Source: Phoronis australis (taxonomy: Eukaryota; Animalia; Phoronida). From it: a stretch of 64,000 nucleotides of DNA. The notes beneath the pieces are model-generated. The model worked only from the letters and a program-made list of their open reading frames with translations, ran no database searches and was not told the DNA's origin. Location: the NCBI GenBank assembly GCA_002633005.1, contig NMRA01000030.1, positions 1,572,453 to 1,636,452 on the forward strand, given 5' to 3'. The position numbers were made by a program, and so were the translations under genes. Shown one piece after another: positions 1-12,826 of the stretch; within the stretch, counting starts at the first letter, position 1, and the number at the start of each line of letters is the position of its first letter.

Positions 1-51
1 AATTACGCATAGATCAAAGTCGTTACGACATCCAAAGTCCAAGAGCGTTAA

Positions 52-1223
52 GGTTATCTCCAACCTTATTTAGTGGCCCCCATTCTAACTCGTGTATCAA
101 AAAACTAACCTTTGTCAACTAGTACAAGTATATATTTTCTGAAAGAACAGACTAGAAATATAAATATACTTTTTGTATTTATGTGCTATAATTATGTTTA
201 CGTAAAGAAAGGTACATTCATAGCAAAATAATCCCTCGGTCGATTTTAATGAAACCTTTTTTAAATGAAAACTTCACCAGTTACCTCAAAAACGCTGTTA
301 GGAATTTTCGATTAGTCTGTTCGTTTGGTTTCTATGACAAATCAACTCGCAAAACATAAGGTATTTTTGTAAAAAATTGAAGTCGTAATCGTCTTTGTCA
401 CATTACGAAAAAACTAGGCCTTAATATCAAAAATCCTAACAGTGTTTTTTGAGATTGATGACCAAATATTAAGTTTTGAAAGTTTCAGCGTAATCCATCC
501 AGCCCTTTTCGAAAACTAGTGTTCCTAAATTCAAATAAAGTCGATATTTCCGAAGCCGAGAAAAAGCCGATTAAACTGGGACAAGTGAAAATCTCGAAGT
601 CTTCGGTTAATTATTCGGTGAAAATTTGTTTTCAGTACACATAACCTATACAATCCTTAACTATGTTGCTATTTCAACGTTCACTCGCAATGTCAACTGA
701 TTTTGCAGTGCGCAATTAACTTAATTATCATTAAAACCTCAAATAGACGAATTATTCCCTGCCAACTTTTACTGTTGTTTACGCCCTACTTTCTAAGTAG
801 GTCACAGTTCATTGCCTGTTCACGTCACGTGCTGGGAGACTGATACGCAACCAAGTAAGAAATGGATTACAAAAATCGAATCGGTGGTTAAAGTATGTCG
901 TTAGCATGAGATCGAAACATCGAAATGTCGGCTTATTAACTGAATTAAGGCATTAGAGACTGAGGGTATACGAAGCTGTTCTGTACCTGGCGGGAGATTC
1001 GATTTAATTGAAAGCCATTTAACCTTTGACCTTGGATAAGTAGCAAACAAATATCCACGCGGTTGTGCAGTTCCAAGGTCGTTCTGCTAAATCTTTTTTT
1101 TCTCTCTACGTGGTATATATTTTGTTTTTGAAGTTCCCCGAGAATGAAGATAAGGTATTTTGCTAGACACAAGTAAAATATTCTAAAAATAGCCATTTTT
1201 TGGGAATAAGGTTGGAGATAACG
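52..1223. mobile_element. Non-autonomous Kolobok-type DNA transposon (TTAA TSD)
   Basis: TTAA at 48-51 and 1224-1227; terminal inverted repeats GGTTATCTCCAACCTTATT / AATAAGGTTGGAGATAACG (19 bp, 1 mismatch); no coding remnant seen. Confidence 0.7.
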
Positions 1224-1227
1224 TTAA

Positions 1228-1981
1228 AGGAGAATGCCTTTTGTGTCAATTTACTAGATTGAGTAGCTCCACTCGATAACAGCAAGTTCAGTTCTTTTAC
1301 CTGACACCAGACTGCATACGGAGGTGCTGAAATTAACCAATGACGTCACACGTTCTAACAATCTGCTCAGCAGTTCACAAGGCGCTTACTGGTGTCAGCT
1401 TATCACTTGAATTCTAGTCCTCGCTTTGCACCAATAAATCCTCAAAATGCGATGTAAAACACTTACAAATGCATTGAGTTTTTACGGATTTGTAGAAATT
1501 TTGAACGTGCCGTGGCCTATAAAGTTCCGTAGGCCAACTTACCGAGGTCGGTCGTGGAAAGTTGGAGTCTGTTCGGTGATAAATTAGATTTGTTCTTCCG
1601 TGAAATACAGACAGCCAGACAGGAGAGCATTATGGTGTGTTGTAATTTTTAGTTGAGATTTTTCTTTGAGTTCTAAACACAAAGCGCTCGTTATAACACA
1701 GTGGCTCGCCGGAACCCAATCAGGCCCGTCGCTGCCGTACTGAAGACACTACGAACATAAACCAGTCTGGTTAGCCGGCTGAAAAAGTTGAAAAATAAAC
1801 CTCCAGTCACGAAAAGAATAGACTACTAAACCAAAGAAATAATGTGCACGTGAATGTTTTGGTGAATTCCCCGCGCAACAGCAAATCTACGGAACTCGTC
1901 GGGGGCCGCGCCAAGCCAGGTTGCCCTTCCACAAAACCGTACACTGAAAACTAGGTGTACAATAACATTGATTTGAATAAC

Positions 1982-2017
<36 letters not shown>

Positions 2018-2495
2018 TAAGAGAACTATACAGATCCGGGGCATTTTTATATATGAGACCTTTACTGTGGGGTTACGAAAAATTGTGGGGTATATATAAT
2101 GCCCCACAATTTCAGACCTATCAGAAACTGTTATTTGGTATGTACAGTGCCTACACGTGTATTCTCTCAACAACTTGGTTTCATCACAACATCCTATATA
2201 TAACTCTGTACAGCCTCTCCCAAAAGATGTCACTGTTATTATGAGTGCCCTGCTACAGAGTGCCATATGTGACCTACATTGGCATACTGTTNTGAATTCT
2301 CAAAACATTTGCATTCACGAATACACCTAAGGCATTACAAATTGCATCTACTGAGACAGACTTTACAGTTTGTTTCAGTTTCATATATGTAAACATTGGT
2401 TAGGGTGAAAATATTTCATTTCGAAACTGACAGGACAATACCGGCCACAGACACGGAGATATTTCACGGCCTCATACTTGGTATTAACGGCGTGG
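1228..2495. mobile_element. Partial Kolobok element, same family as 20093-21777
   Basis: Starts TTAA|AGGAGAATGCC; 1228-1975 and 2290-2350 align with 20093-21070; 2441-2490 aligns with the THAP-coding segment 21423-21475. Right end not found; N at 2292. Confidence 0.65.
1985..2016. repeat. (TA)n microsatellite
   Basis: Direct observation. Confidence 0.9.
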
Positions 2496-3884
2496 TCTGA
2501 AAAAAAACATGATAGGGATCGAACAGCTCTTGATCTAAGAACGGCAGCTTCCTCGCGTGAGGCGCATGGCCTTGCACTCGAGTTAAAGCATTTCCTTTTT
2601 AAAATATTTGCAAAGCCGTCGCAGCTGTCTCAAGCTGACTCGATGTCCTTTCGAGATTTTGCAATTAATCAGTGACAACTTGGTAGGGTATTGTCAAAAT
2701 ATGAAACTAAACAACATAACTAATTGGATGCAAAGGTACGCAAATAAATTTGTTGCTATCACAACCGAAATAACAGATCAATTAGAAATTATCGCTCGCC
2801 AGATCTCCCAAGAAACTTTATTGTTACTTATCGCAACTACAGTCCTATACTCAAGACTCCATTCTTCAAATCAATGACAACAACTCATTGTTTTCACGTT
2901 CCTAGAATTATCTACGGAAATAAAATGCTCTCTTCGGTTCTAGATAAGATAAACACTCACTCACTTACTGGACTTTCAAGATATTACAGGAGCAAAATTT
3001 TAGATACTCACTACGCAATAACTTAAGCCTCTTGAATAACCATATACAAGTTGCACTATTAAACAGAGAGGTTTCTAGTGTTTGAATACACAAGCACACA
3101 ATCACACAAATGTTGTTACTACTTACGATCAATTTGCTTATCATGTTGGTAATGTGTGCATACATGTAGCACAACTATATTTATTTTTAGTACGATGTCA
3201 GGCTCATTTATTTGTTTGTTTGTTTATTGTTTTTACTGTTTTATACATTGTATAAGGTAATAAACGTATTTTCTCCGTCTCCCTCTCCCTTCCCCTCCCC
3301 CTACCCCCTATGAGGCTGAAGGATCCAAGTGACCTTCACACTTCATAATCCAAATGTAACCCATTTGCGTAAGTCAAGTAATGTGTTTCACATTTTGTTG
3401 CTTTGATATATCTTGAAGAAGAAAGTAACACGTTACAAAACATGAATTATAAGCAAAATTTATGCATAAAATTTAGGAAAGTATGTGTCCTATTGTGACA
3501 CATAATCATACACTGTAGCGGACTGCAAGACGAATGAGCACTTCACATTGAAATAAATACAATATTCATAATAGTAATAGCACAAACACCTGAGGAAAAA
3601 AGACAAAAAATGAATCCCTTAAAAGCCAGTTATCGAAATTCCGGGAGGTTGTGAGTTACGGGAACGTAAACTGGAAAGCAACCGATTTAAGCGACCTCCA
3701 ACCAGAGGAATTGCTTCGTAATTCCATGGGTTAGTGATCTCCTTGACTAAAAATCGACATAGCCACGGAAAAGTAAGATATCAGTCAGTCATCGAAGAAG
3801 AGGCAAGGAAGGAATGGGCCTTAAACGACTTATAATGCCAAGTCAGACTTCATGGGGCCCAAAAGCATATAAAACAAGTTACAG

Positions 3885-4010
3885 GTAATTTTTTGTAAAC
3901 GAGAACCTGGCAAAATGGCGTGCAAAATTAGTTAATGCTACGAGGGCCCTGGGTTCTCAAATCAAATTCTGTTAAATCTTTGACGGCAGGATTTATTTCA
4001 AGCCATAGGT
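3885..4010 (+). pseudogene. Remnant of CR1/L2-type LINE ORF1 C-terminus
   Basis: Translates FFVNENLAKWRAKLVNATRALGSQIKFC*IFDGRIYFKP*, resembling the FINEDLT...W..DG.I motif of LINE ORF1 proteins; contains an in-frame stop. Confidence 0.45.
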
Positions 4011-4158
4011 GAATTATATAGTGCAAGAATTGGCATTTGAATCATATCGCCTCATCATTTATGAAAAACCGCTGACCCCTCAAATAATGGGTGAGATTGG
4101 AACCTTTTTATGTTTATCTGATACTCCTTTCACTTTTCTCGAGTTTTTCTATTGTTGA

Positions 4159-4208
4159 TTATTACATTATTACATTATATTATATTACATTATATTATAT
4201 TATATTAT
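4159..4208. repeat. (ATTAC/ATTAT)n pentanucleotide microsatellite
   Basis: Direct observation. Confidence 0.8.
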
Positions 4209-5095
4209 GTTAAATGTGTATCCCCTAGATGTTAAATGTCCAGTGTGCACTTCCGTTTGCCAATGTCTGTATTAGACCCTTGAAATTTTATGTTAAAGTT
4301 ATTGATCATGTTGTTTTGCTATGAATGCACATTTCTTTTTCACAAACGTTTACGAAAAAGCATGGACACATGACCTAATTAATGTCAGAATGGTAATAAG
4401 TCAAAAGCCAAATTTTAGGGAATTTCTACTTTCAGAAAAATGCATACTTTTGCGTAGTGGATTTTTATAATTTTGCAAATACTCGGCTAAATGTACCGTC
4501 TTGTCGATATTGGCCTATGAAAGAGAAATAATGAACTGGCTTCTCCTTTTGGCACAGTTATTATAAGTCTCTCTGGTTACCTCATCTGGTTAATTTGCTC
4601 CTTGTTTTGCCTTCGCCATCCAAAGGTCTTGAACTAATGTTTTTCACGTTTGTTAGGCGTGGCAAAGTGGCAGAATAGTGACGTCATAAGGCCCAAGACT
4701 CAAATTGAATATTTTAGTATTAAATGTTTTATGCTGTTCTCATTCTATAGATTTATTCAACCAGTGATGCTTTGGAAAGTATTGTTTTTGCAACACCACT
4801 TATTGTGTCATCAAAACTTTTAAACTTCAGAAGTGCTGTCTATGTGTTAGTGAAAATGACGAACTTATTTTGGTCTGAGTTGCTTTCTTACTTCGCCCGA
4901 ATTCAAGACACTGAGAAGAGTGGCGATTTCCAATATCAGCCAATCAGGCATAACATCAGTGTAACAGTTAACCAGGCAACAGTCTTTTTATCAGCGTTGG
5001 TATAAAAAGGTGTATTTGTGATTTGCTCAAACTTGAGTCAGACGTTTTGACCGACACGCGGAATCAGTACCCTGGTAACCAATGGCCTTTTTTAA

Positions 5096-6232
5096 AGAGT
5101 TCCCACCATGCATTTTCTTACTTTTTCAGATTTCAGTTAGCTAATATGAATCGAATACCATAAAATCTTGCTAAACTGGTATTTTTATGCCAAATAGTGG
5201 CAACTTTTTTAATTTTGAAGAAAAATTACTTATTTCTAAGTTTTCCGCCAAATGATGCAATGGGTGGAAGACGGTTGGCCGCTTGACAATCATTTGTAAT
5301 GTCGGAACACTGCAGGTCAGAAGACAATGACAATATTAGGCGAGAATTGTACAATTATTATGCAGACAGAGAGGAGAGTGGATACGGGCACTTATACTCA
5401 AGTACTTTAAGAATCAGACAATGAATTCGATTTCCCATTTAGCGAACTTTCGTCGGGTTTCAGGCCGTATGAACTTGACCCACTTGCACGAGAAATGACA
5501 TATGTGAGTCATAACCAACTCTACCAAGTTGTGGTCACTATTCGTTATTTACAAAATTTGCAAATGCACTTACTTGGTGGTGAGTCCTTTATTGTAACGC
5601 CTCTTATGTGTGTGGTCGAAACACAATTCTTTGAAATATGCCGATCAAAGTGTGGCTTACGCCAAACTGAATCTCGTGTTCCACACTGACACTCCACTCT
5701 CTTGTTCGACGCACAATCATGGGTGGCGCAGCACTGAAAAAAGTGGGGGCTAAACCCCCCAGCCCTCCTGTGTTGCACCGCCTATAGACCATGGGCGGCT
5801 TAGCCCTGAAAAAGTGGGGGGCTATAGCCCTACCCTAGGCCCCTATGGTGCGCCGCCCATGACAAACCGATGCCATTTTTGTGCAGCTTTCACGTATTTA
5901 GGAAATTTGAACACTAAGACGTTCACAGTCAAGTTGTTGTTACCACAAACGCACCTTTTCATGTCTGAAAAAGACGGCTCCACGCGGACTTTCTTCACAA
6001 CTCCTCAGTATCGCACTGGTAAAATAACAACGGCTGAGGCGGTCTCCCACCCATTGCGTACAAACTCGATAACAGAAAAATATATTTTTAAAATTTTTAG
6101 ATTGTTTCGTAGCAACAGGTTTATTAAAGGCTATTAAATCTGTTTTAACAGATTTAATAGCCTTTAATAAACATCTTAAAAGATGTAATAATAAAATTCC
6201 TTTTTGAGACACAGGGTCATGGTGGGAACTCT
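5096..6232. mobile_element. Non-autonomous Kolobok-type DNA transposon
   Basis: TTAA 5092-5095 and 6233-6236; perfect 15-bp TIR AGAGTTCCCACCATG / CATGGTGGGAACTCT. Confidence 0.75.
5718..5861 (-). mobile_element. Dimeric GC-rich MITE (hAT5-like), nested in 5096-6232
   Basis: CATGGGTGGCGC...GCGCCGCCCATG ends; flanks ACAAT/ACAAA; related copies at 14771-14896 and 48269-48400. Confidence 0.65.
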
Positions 6233-7465
6233 TTAATGTTAGATGCTAGTTCTTACAAAATTTTCCAGGCACGCTTAACTTACGTTGTTGCTCAATAACA
6301 GTGTTTCCAATGAACACGAGAGCATTCTTCAAAAATAGACACAATCAGCATTTACGTTAATCCTCGGCCATCGCACTCTTAAATCAGAGACTAAAACAAG
6401 CAACTGTGATGTTACAATGGCGTTCACTCAAAATTATACATCTTGATACATGTATATCAAGGTTATGTAGTTTTCTGCACCCACATTTGTGACACCTCTT
6501 ATTCTTTTCTATCTGCTGACCTGCAGAGCTCCACAGTCTATGAGCTTTTTTCACGATGCTTCTCTAAGCTTCTTCAGGTTCTGGCATACAATTTTGTGCT
6601 GTTTGATAAACCTTGAATTATAGAGGCATCACACTCCATGGAAGATGCCATATTGATGTAACTAGGCACACCAATACAATCTGGCTCTCTGATTGGTCAA
6701 TTCAATAAAAAACGCCACCAACTGGCAGGAATGTGCATAATTTTTCGTGCAACAAAAACACCTTTTTTAAAAAATGTGCAAGTGTAGACGTGGGAACTTT
6801 TTGGAATTTGATTTATAGGTATATTATCTAGCCACACAGAAAAAACTACATGTAGCTTGCACCCCCCCCCCCCGAGTACTCACGAATATGAACGCTATGA
6901 GATCTGGCCCACTGATTATAAGAGCCAGGAACCACCTCACAATGAATAAAGTACCAAAGCATACTGCAAGAATTAACGTGGGCAATTTAAAGATAAGAAA
7001 CTAAATGTTTGTTTTTTGTCTAATGGGAAATTGCGGTTGCTTCGAACCCCATGAAACGTCTCGTTAACGAGTAGCATATGATAATATGCCACGGACATTT
7101 CGAGGGTGTGGCAAGGTGGCGGTAAAACGTGACCGTCCGCCTAGAGCGGGACAATGCACAGTACGATGTCAGAAACAGAATGGATTGGACTGGATTCTTT
7201 AATAAGGTAAACTTCATTATTTTTTAAATTTTATTTTACAGACATATGCAAATGCTACGGATAAAATTACTGCTCAGAAATCAATAGTACCTGGGCAACA
7301 GCTGAGCGTTGCACAAATGACCATATTATACAAACTATTGGCAACACCAATAATATATACATGCATATATACCCTTAGCTATGCAAATAAATACACGAAA
7401 GGTTTTTCGAAAATTACTTAAACAAACCTGTTAGTTGGGTCTATTTTCTCATTTGCCTATATACA

Positions 7466-8919
7466 CTCGGGAAACCAATGGTAATGGTCGTCCGCCTAAG
7501 CATAAAACCGGCTTGTTTTCGTACTCACCGAATTATTCCAACTCAAAGTATATGCTCTGAATACGACTTGATTTAATTGTCTTAAATATATAGTATTCGT
7601 TGATTCGAAATTTGTCTTTAATTTATGCCAACTTGTGATTTAATTGTCTTGAATATATAGTATTCGTTGGTTCGAAATGTTTCTTTAATTTATGCCAAGT
7701 TGTTTCAACTGTAGCCTACATTGCTTTTTGGCAGCCATTTTATAATGACTGCTATTGTCGTCATATGCTGCCGCCTTTTGTAAGAACAGAAAAACACGCA
7801 GAAAAGGCCAAGAAAGTAGTGGAAAATGGTTTACAACAATTCTAGTTCAACTACAGACTGTTTTACTGGTATAACATTGACTTTTTAATCGATTAAAATT
7901 GGATCAGAATTTCAGTTAAGGAAAATAAACAATTTTGAAGTTTAAGCAGTAAAATAACCAGAATATGAAAAGTAGAGATAACATGCAAACACGTTTATGT
8001 ACAACAATCTTTAACATTTTTGTTCTAAATAATTACTCTTCTTGTAACTTTGCTGTCTTTCTTTTTCTATTCAGCATTTCTTCATTCTCTGTTAACACAT
8101 TGCCAGCCAAAACAGAACTGTAGCCCTTCGAGTCTTGGTCGGCGGAAGTTGATCATTAGACCTCGATACAGCTGTTCTAATAAATTACCCAATGTCACAT
8201 TGTTTGAACTGTTTTTCTCACCTTTAACAGGCTTCTGCAATCATCAATAAATAAATAAATACCAAAGTTGTAGTTGCGTTTTATTGCTCAATCTATTATT
8301 TTTATTTTAATTATGTCATGCTGTGTTGTATGTACATGTAGCAATGCAATATGGTGAAATAAAATCCTTGTTTTAATTCATTGTTCAACATTCTCTATCT
8401 ATTTTAATTTTCTTCAAATAAATTCAAAATGCCTGAACCAGAAATTTCAACACTAATGTTGGGCTTTGCAAGGTGCTGTACAACAAAAAACAAATGGACA
8501 ATATTTTGATGGACAATGCGTGGGCCGAAGCTGTTAAGCACCCAGCTTGTTGCATTTGTCGGTTGCGTTTTTCCCTTGGCCTTATAGATGTCGTTTAGTG
8601 CCTTGGACAAATAGATACATTGCATAAACAATCCCTGGGTTGTTTTTTTGTCCCATATGAAGAAAATTTAATTTCAAAAATATCTTCTGAAAATGAACAA
8701 AAAATGCGTTAGTAAAATCTACAAGTTTTTATGTGGTTTCAAAAAACAGTCGGTAAATGCACCGATTTTCGTCTCACTTCTTCTATGCGTGTTTCTCGCG
8801 AGAGGTTAGTACCCAACGAGCAGACGAGCACTCCAAATTGGAATGCTAAGTCCCGCGAGCTGCACGCGAAAGAAGATGGCGGACGACGATTGGAGTCGGA
8901 CCAGGATACGTATCCTGAC
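7466..8919 (+). mobile_element. Dispersed ~1.45-kb non-coding repeat (inverted copy at 40324-41964)
   Basis: Colinear similarity to the reverse complement of 40324-41964 over its whole length; short imperfect termini CTCGGGAAACC...CGTATCCTGAC. Confidence 0.7.
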
Positions 8920-9347
8920 GATACATGCATGGGACTGAGCGTATCATAAGTTACATCAGCCTATTCATGATGTGTCTGAGGGTAGGCAAACAGACTTGTT
9001 GTGGAAGGTTATCTGACGAAAGAGCCTAGTCAATGGCATAGCGGCAATTTTTGAACATTTATGTGAACCGGTCAAGCGAAAGTCTCTATCCAAATAATGT
9101 GCACCACTAACAGTTCCTTTCACATGTAGTGTCTTAAATAATAAACCTCTGTGCATTCATCTTAGCTTCAAAGCGTAGTGTTATACCTTAACATCTGGAG
9201 ACTTTTCAGACTTCGTGCACACACTTCCAGGCTCATTTGATTTTTTCTATTGGTTCAGAATTTTGCTGAGTGAAGTCAGCAATCTTAGAAATTATTTCCG
9301 TTATGCTGGCCTGAGGAACCTTAACTTTCACACTAGCTGGTTGTAAT

Positions 9348-9666
9348 TTAACAGAAATAAAACGAAAGTTCTCTGATTAAATGATAGGAGTCGGTTCCAG
9401 TGCCGTGTTTGCCTGACACGTAGCGCAGTGCTTGCCCCCGGTTTGCTTCAGCAACGTGCACGGAGCCGGACTGGTGAGTGTATCCCTCTTCAAGTATGTG
9501 TTGCTTGTCTGTCACAATTTTTATGTAGATGAGTCTTTCAGGATCTCTGTTACCAATAGTAACTTGGACGATGTTCTCCTCCGGCTCGAGATATAAGTTG
9601 TACTCCTGGCCGCCCCCTGAGCCTCCGTGGACTTCCGAAGACGTTCGACCATACCAAAGGGTAATA
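9348..9666 (-). CDS. PAN-jacalin lectin gene, coding exon 3 (C-terminal part of jacalin-like beta-prism domain, stop)
   Basis: Acceptor ttttgcgatttcag|; phase-2 open frame ITLWYGRTSSEVHGGSGGGQEYNLYLEPEENIVQVTIGNRDPERLIYIKIVTDKQHILEEGYTHQSGSVHVAEANRGQALRYVSGKHGTGTDSYHLIRELSFYFC*; jacalin/ZG16-like pattern. Confidence 0.8.
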
Positions 9667-11549
9667 CTGAAATCGCAAAAGCAGGATTTGCAATTTTAGG
9701 ATGTTTTTGCGTAAAAGGTCTTTTCCACGCATGATTTAGCTCAGCGTTATCGTCAGCTAGATTTACCTACTTATAGTGGACCCCATGCTTGTAGTGACTG
9801 TCCTATGCAATTGACGTCCTACCATACTCTAGTCACTAAACAGAAAAATGAAACATCAAATGAATTGTACAGTAATTTGCCGGTTTTCGCAAGGGTAACC
9901 TCGCCCTGTATGCCAGCAGCTAGTATGCTGGTAAACCAAAGGTCCGCGACTTCTTCTGTATCAATTAAGACACAACGAACAATATGTTAAAATCTAAATC
10001 ATCTTTGTACTACTGGACCTTTTGGCGCTGTAAACCTCAGTGTAGGCAGGTAATTCGAAAGATCATTGGTCAGGCCGTTCACTCGTTTAAAACTTCAATT
10101 GTTTTGATGGTCGTTTCTACCCTACTTTCAATCTTATCACAGACATCGCGAGAAAGAGGGCTTTGCTCTAACAAAGTGATCTCGTAAATGTCATTGGTTT
10201 GATACGTGTACACTGTACGCTGTATCAACTGATTTCTAACATTTCTGAGATCGAGATTTGCACATTCTGCTTGATGTGCCCATGGTCTGTGTAGTCTCTT
10301 TGGGGACAAGATTTTTATCGTGCCATGGCGTATTATACAGGGTTGGAAGTCCGTACTTTGACAGTGCGGAATTAAAGGCCTTATCTCAAAGGGTTAATTT
10401 AGCTCAAAAACTTGAAAATATATACCAGATTACGTAATATGGTATACTGTTTACTCCTTTTTGTTATCAAACTAAAGGCCTTTTGGGCGCAATTGTGTAC
10501 TTCGGCAGAGATCGGCAAATCTTTAACTATTCCCGTCCATTTCCAGCACTACAAAGGTTCCTTGACTCATCGCGAGGGTACGTGGTACTTAAGCAACAGT
10601 ACTAGTGGTGGTAATAAATTGGAGGAAAACCCCTTCTAGATAGGTAAAAGCTTTTTATCATCATATCGTGGAACAGATTTAAAGTACCTGCAATTGCAGT
10701 GTGATTACTGACAGCGCATTTCGTAACTTAGAAACAAATCGGGACCGGCTTTACTGGCCGTTAAAAATGTAAAGAGGAAAAAAACGCGGGGAGTTTAGTG
10801 AAGTGTAGTCTATGAGCTGCGTGCCGTGGATGAGAACATTTTTGTAGTGTTAGGAGCATGACGCAGTGATTTTTTAACCTTGATACTTCGCCTTTTTAAT
10901 ATAAAATGGCGGAATATCAGTCGGCTCCAGTCCGTGTAATTAATGAGGATTTTTATGAATTTTTCACCTACGAATTTCGTTAGGATTAACTTGAAGGCGT
11001 TAATGGCTTCGTTATAACATGTTCTAACCATCTAATAAGGGTTAAAGACGTGTGCTACTAGGTCTTTAAGTAATATACATCATTCTGCAATTGCACATCA
11101 AATGTTTTCCTGTACACGTCGATTTTGTGATCGCTTGAACACATATGTCACGTATCTGCAGAAATAATACCGCGAATATAACTGCACGGATATCTAGCCG
11201 TTCGATTTACTACTTACACAAATTCGCCATCATGCTTGAAAACGAAGTGTTGTGTCCAAACTTGAAAGGTTCTGCATGTTTGGAACACGCACTCTTTCAT
11301 GTTTGCATTTGTTAAAATTAATGCTAAAACGAGGCAACAATGCACAACAATCAATTTTTGCACCGCCACCAAAGTGTGCAAGTAGTGAATAGCCAACACT
11401 CAGCTATGTATTATTTAAGGGTTATTTAATTAGTGAACTTGTTCACTCGAACATTCGACTGTTTACTATTTGCTTGTCACATTGCCATTCCTTTTTTAAT
11501 CTACCGGTGAATTCGTAAACTAAAACATTCACTGGGCTCATGGACTAGT

Positions 11550-11815
11550 ATTCGGGTCACTGCATGACGTCAAAAACTAAGGCTAGAAGATGGCAGACAA
11601 TTTGATTCGCTCTTGTTAAAGGAAGGTAAAATGAAGCGAAACATAAACGGTAAAACCGTTTGCGGTTCTCTAAATATATCAGTGGAATTAGATTTGGTTA
11701 GTACTAACACACTGAACAAGTATTTTCCTCCCATTTGGTTTATGTCTATTCCACAAGTCTATGAAAAGCCTCCTATGGCCCTTCATCTCTGTTTAAGAGC
11801 TGAGTATTGGCTAGT
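11550..11815 (+). repeat. Dispersed repeat (second copy ~28110-28340)
   Basis: Shared AAGATGGCAGACAATTTGATTCG...GATTTGGTTAGTACTAACA...GTTTAAGAGCTGA blocks in the same order. Confidence 0.65.
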
Positions 11816-11905
11816 TGTGGACTACGTTTTGAGATCTGGGTGTTGAGGGAGGAAAGAATCACTGAGACCAACACTGTTTTGACCACATGGCATTAATACA
11901 CAAAC

Positions 11906-12041
11906 CTGTCGATGTAGCTTCCTTTCTTAATGCGTACTCGTGAGATGGCGTGTTGGCTAAGGCGTTGGTCGTCGAATGAATATTCATACGCCAAATTTGA
12001 TGGAAACGGGCCAGCAACTCGAGCGTTCTGAGAGCTGCAAT
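11906..12041 (-). CDS. PAN-jacalin lectin gene, coding exon 2 (N-terminal part of jacalin domain)
   Basis: catttcag| acceptor, AG|gtttgt donor; 136 nt, phase 1 in and phase 2 out, matching both neighbouring exons; DCSSQNARVAGPFPSNLAYEYSFDDQRLSQHAISRVRIKKGSYIDS. Confidence 0.8.
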
Positions 12042-12482
12042 CTGAAATGCGACATCATTTATACAATTTTTATTGCATTCTCCAACCGTATGACGTACAT
12101 ACTGTATTTGCAGGCCCCAATCCCTGAAAAAACCCAAGTTGCTACAACTTCTGAATTTTACCGATTGATGTCAGCATTATTGATGACCATAATTGTCACA
12201 TTTTTTGTGAATGGTAAACTCGGCTAACTACACAGTGATTGACATTATTTTCAAGCCAATCACTTAAAGTCTTTATTTCTGAGTGGGCAAGATGTGCTTT
12301 CCGTCCACTTTGACCCTTAGAAGCTTATGAAGTAGCTAAGACCTTTAAAATAGACCCATTTAAGTTTTTATATCAACCGAAAGCCCTAATGAAGTGGGGT
12401 ACCACTAAAAAAATTATGGCTCTCTCAAGAATATTTTTACGATCTAATCGCTACCTGATATTGCTAGTGGTTGAAACTTCTA

Positions 12483-12540
12483 ACACTCACACACATACTC
12501 ACACACAGACGCACACACACACACACACACGCGCGCGCGT
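12483..12540. repeat. (CA)n/(CG)n microsatellite
   Basis: Direct observation. Confidence 0.85.
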
Positions 12541-12826
12541 GTTACGCACCAGTATTCTTAAAGGCGAAGGCAACCTTTTTTCATGTCATTTTGAGCTAAA
12601 ATAAGGTCTGTTGGTTATCCTGGACATATTTTCCACTGAATTGCAGCTTTTCGTAATTTTGTTAATTACTCGTCCGCTACTCCGGAAGTGACGTTTTAGG
12701 AGGCAAGCATTTCGCGCCAATTTCTTTTCATATAGTCTGACTGTGAGAGCTGCTGAGTCAGTCATTGTTCTACCTCGGTTGTGTTAAGTTACGTCGTCGC
12801 TTGCTTTCATTTACTAGTCAGTCAAC

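Noticed and set aside
10079-10309. 76-aa minus ORF in lectin intron 2
   Set aside because: No recognisable motif and no phase-compatible splice sites identified.
11859-12227. ORF-track entries 11859-12137(-) and 11976-12227(+)
   Set aside because: Wrong frame or strand over lectin exon 2; the supported frame is defined by splice phases and jacalin motifs.
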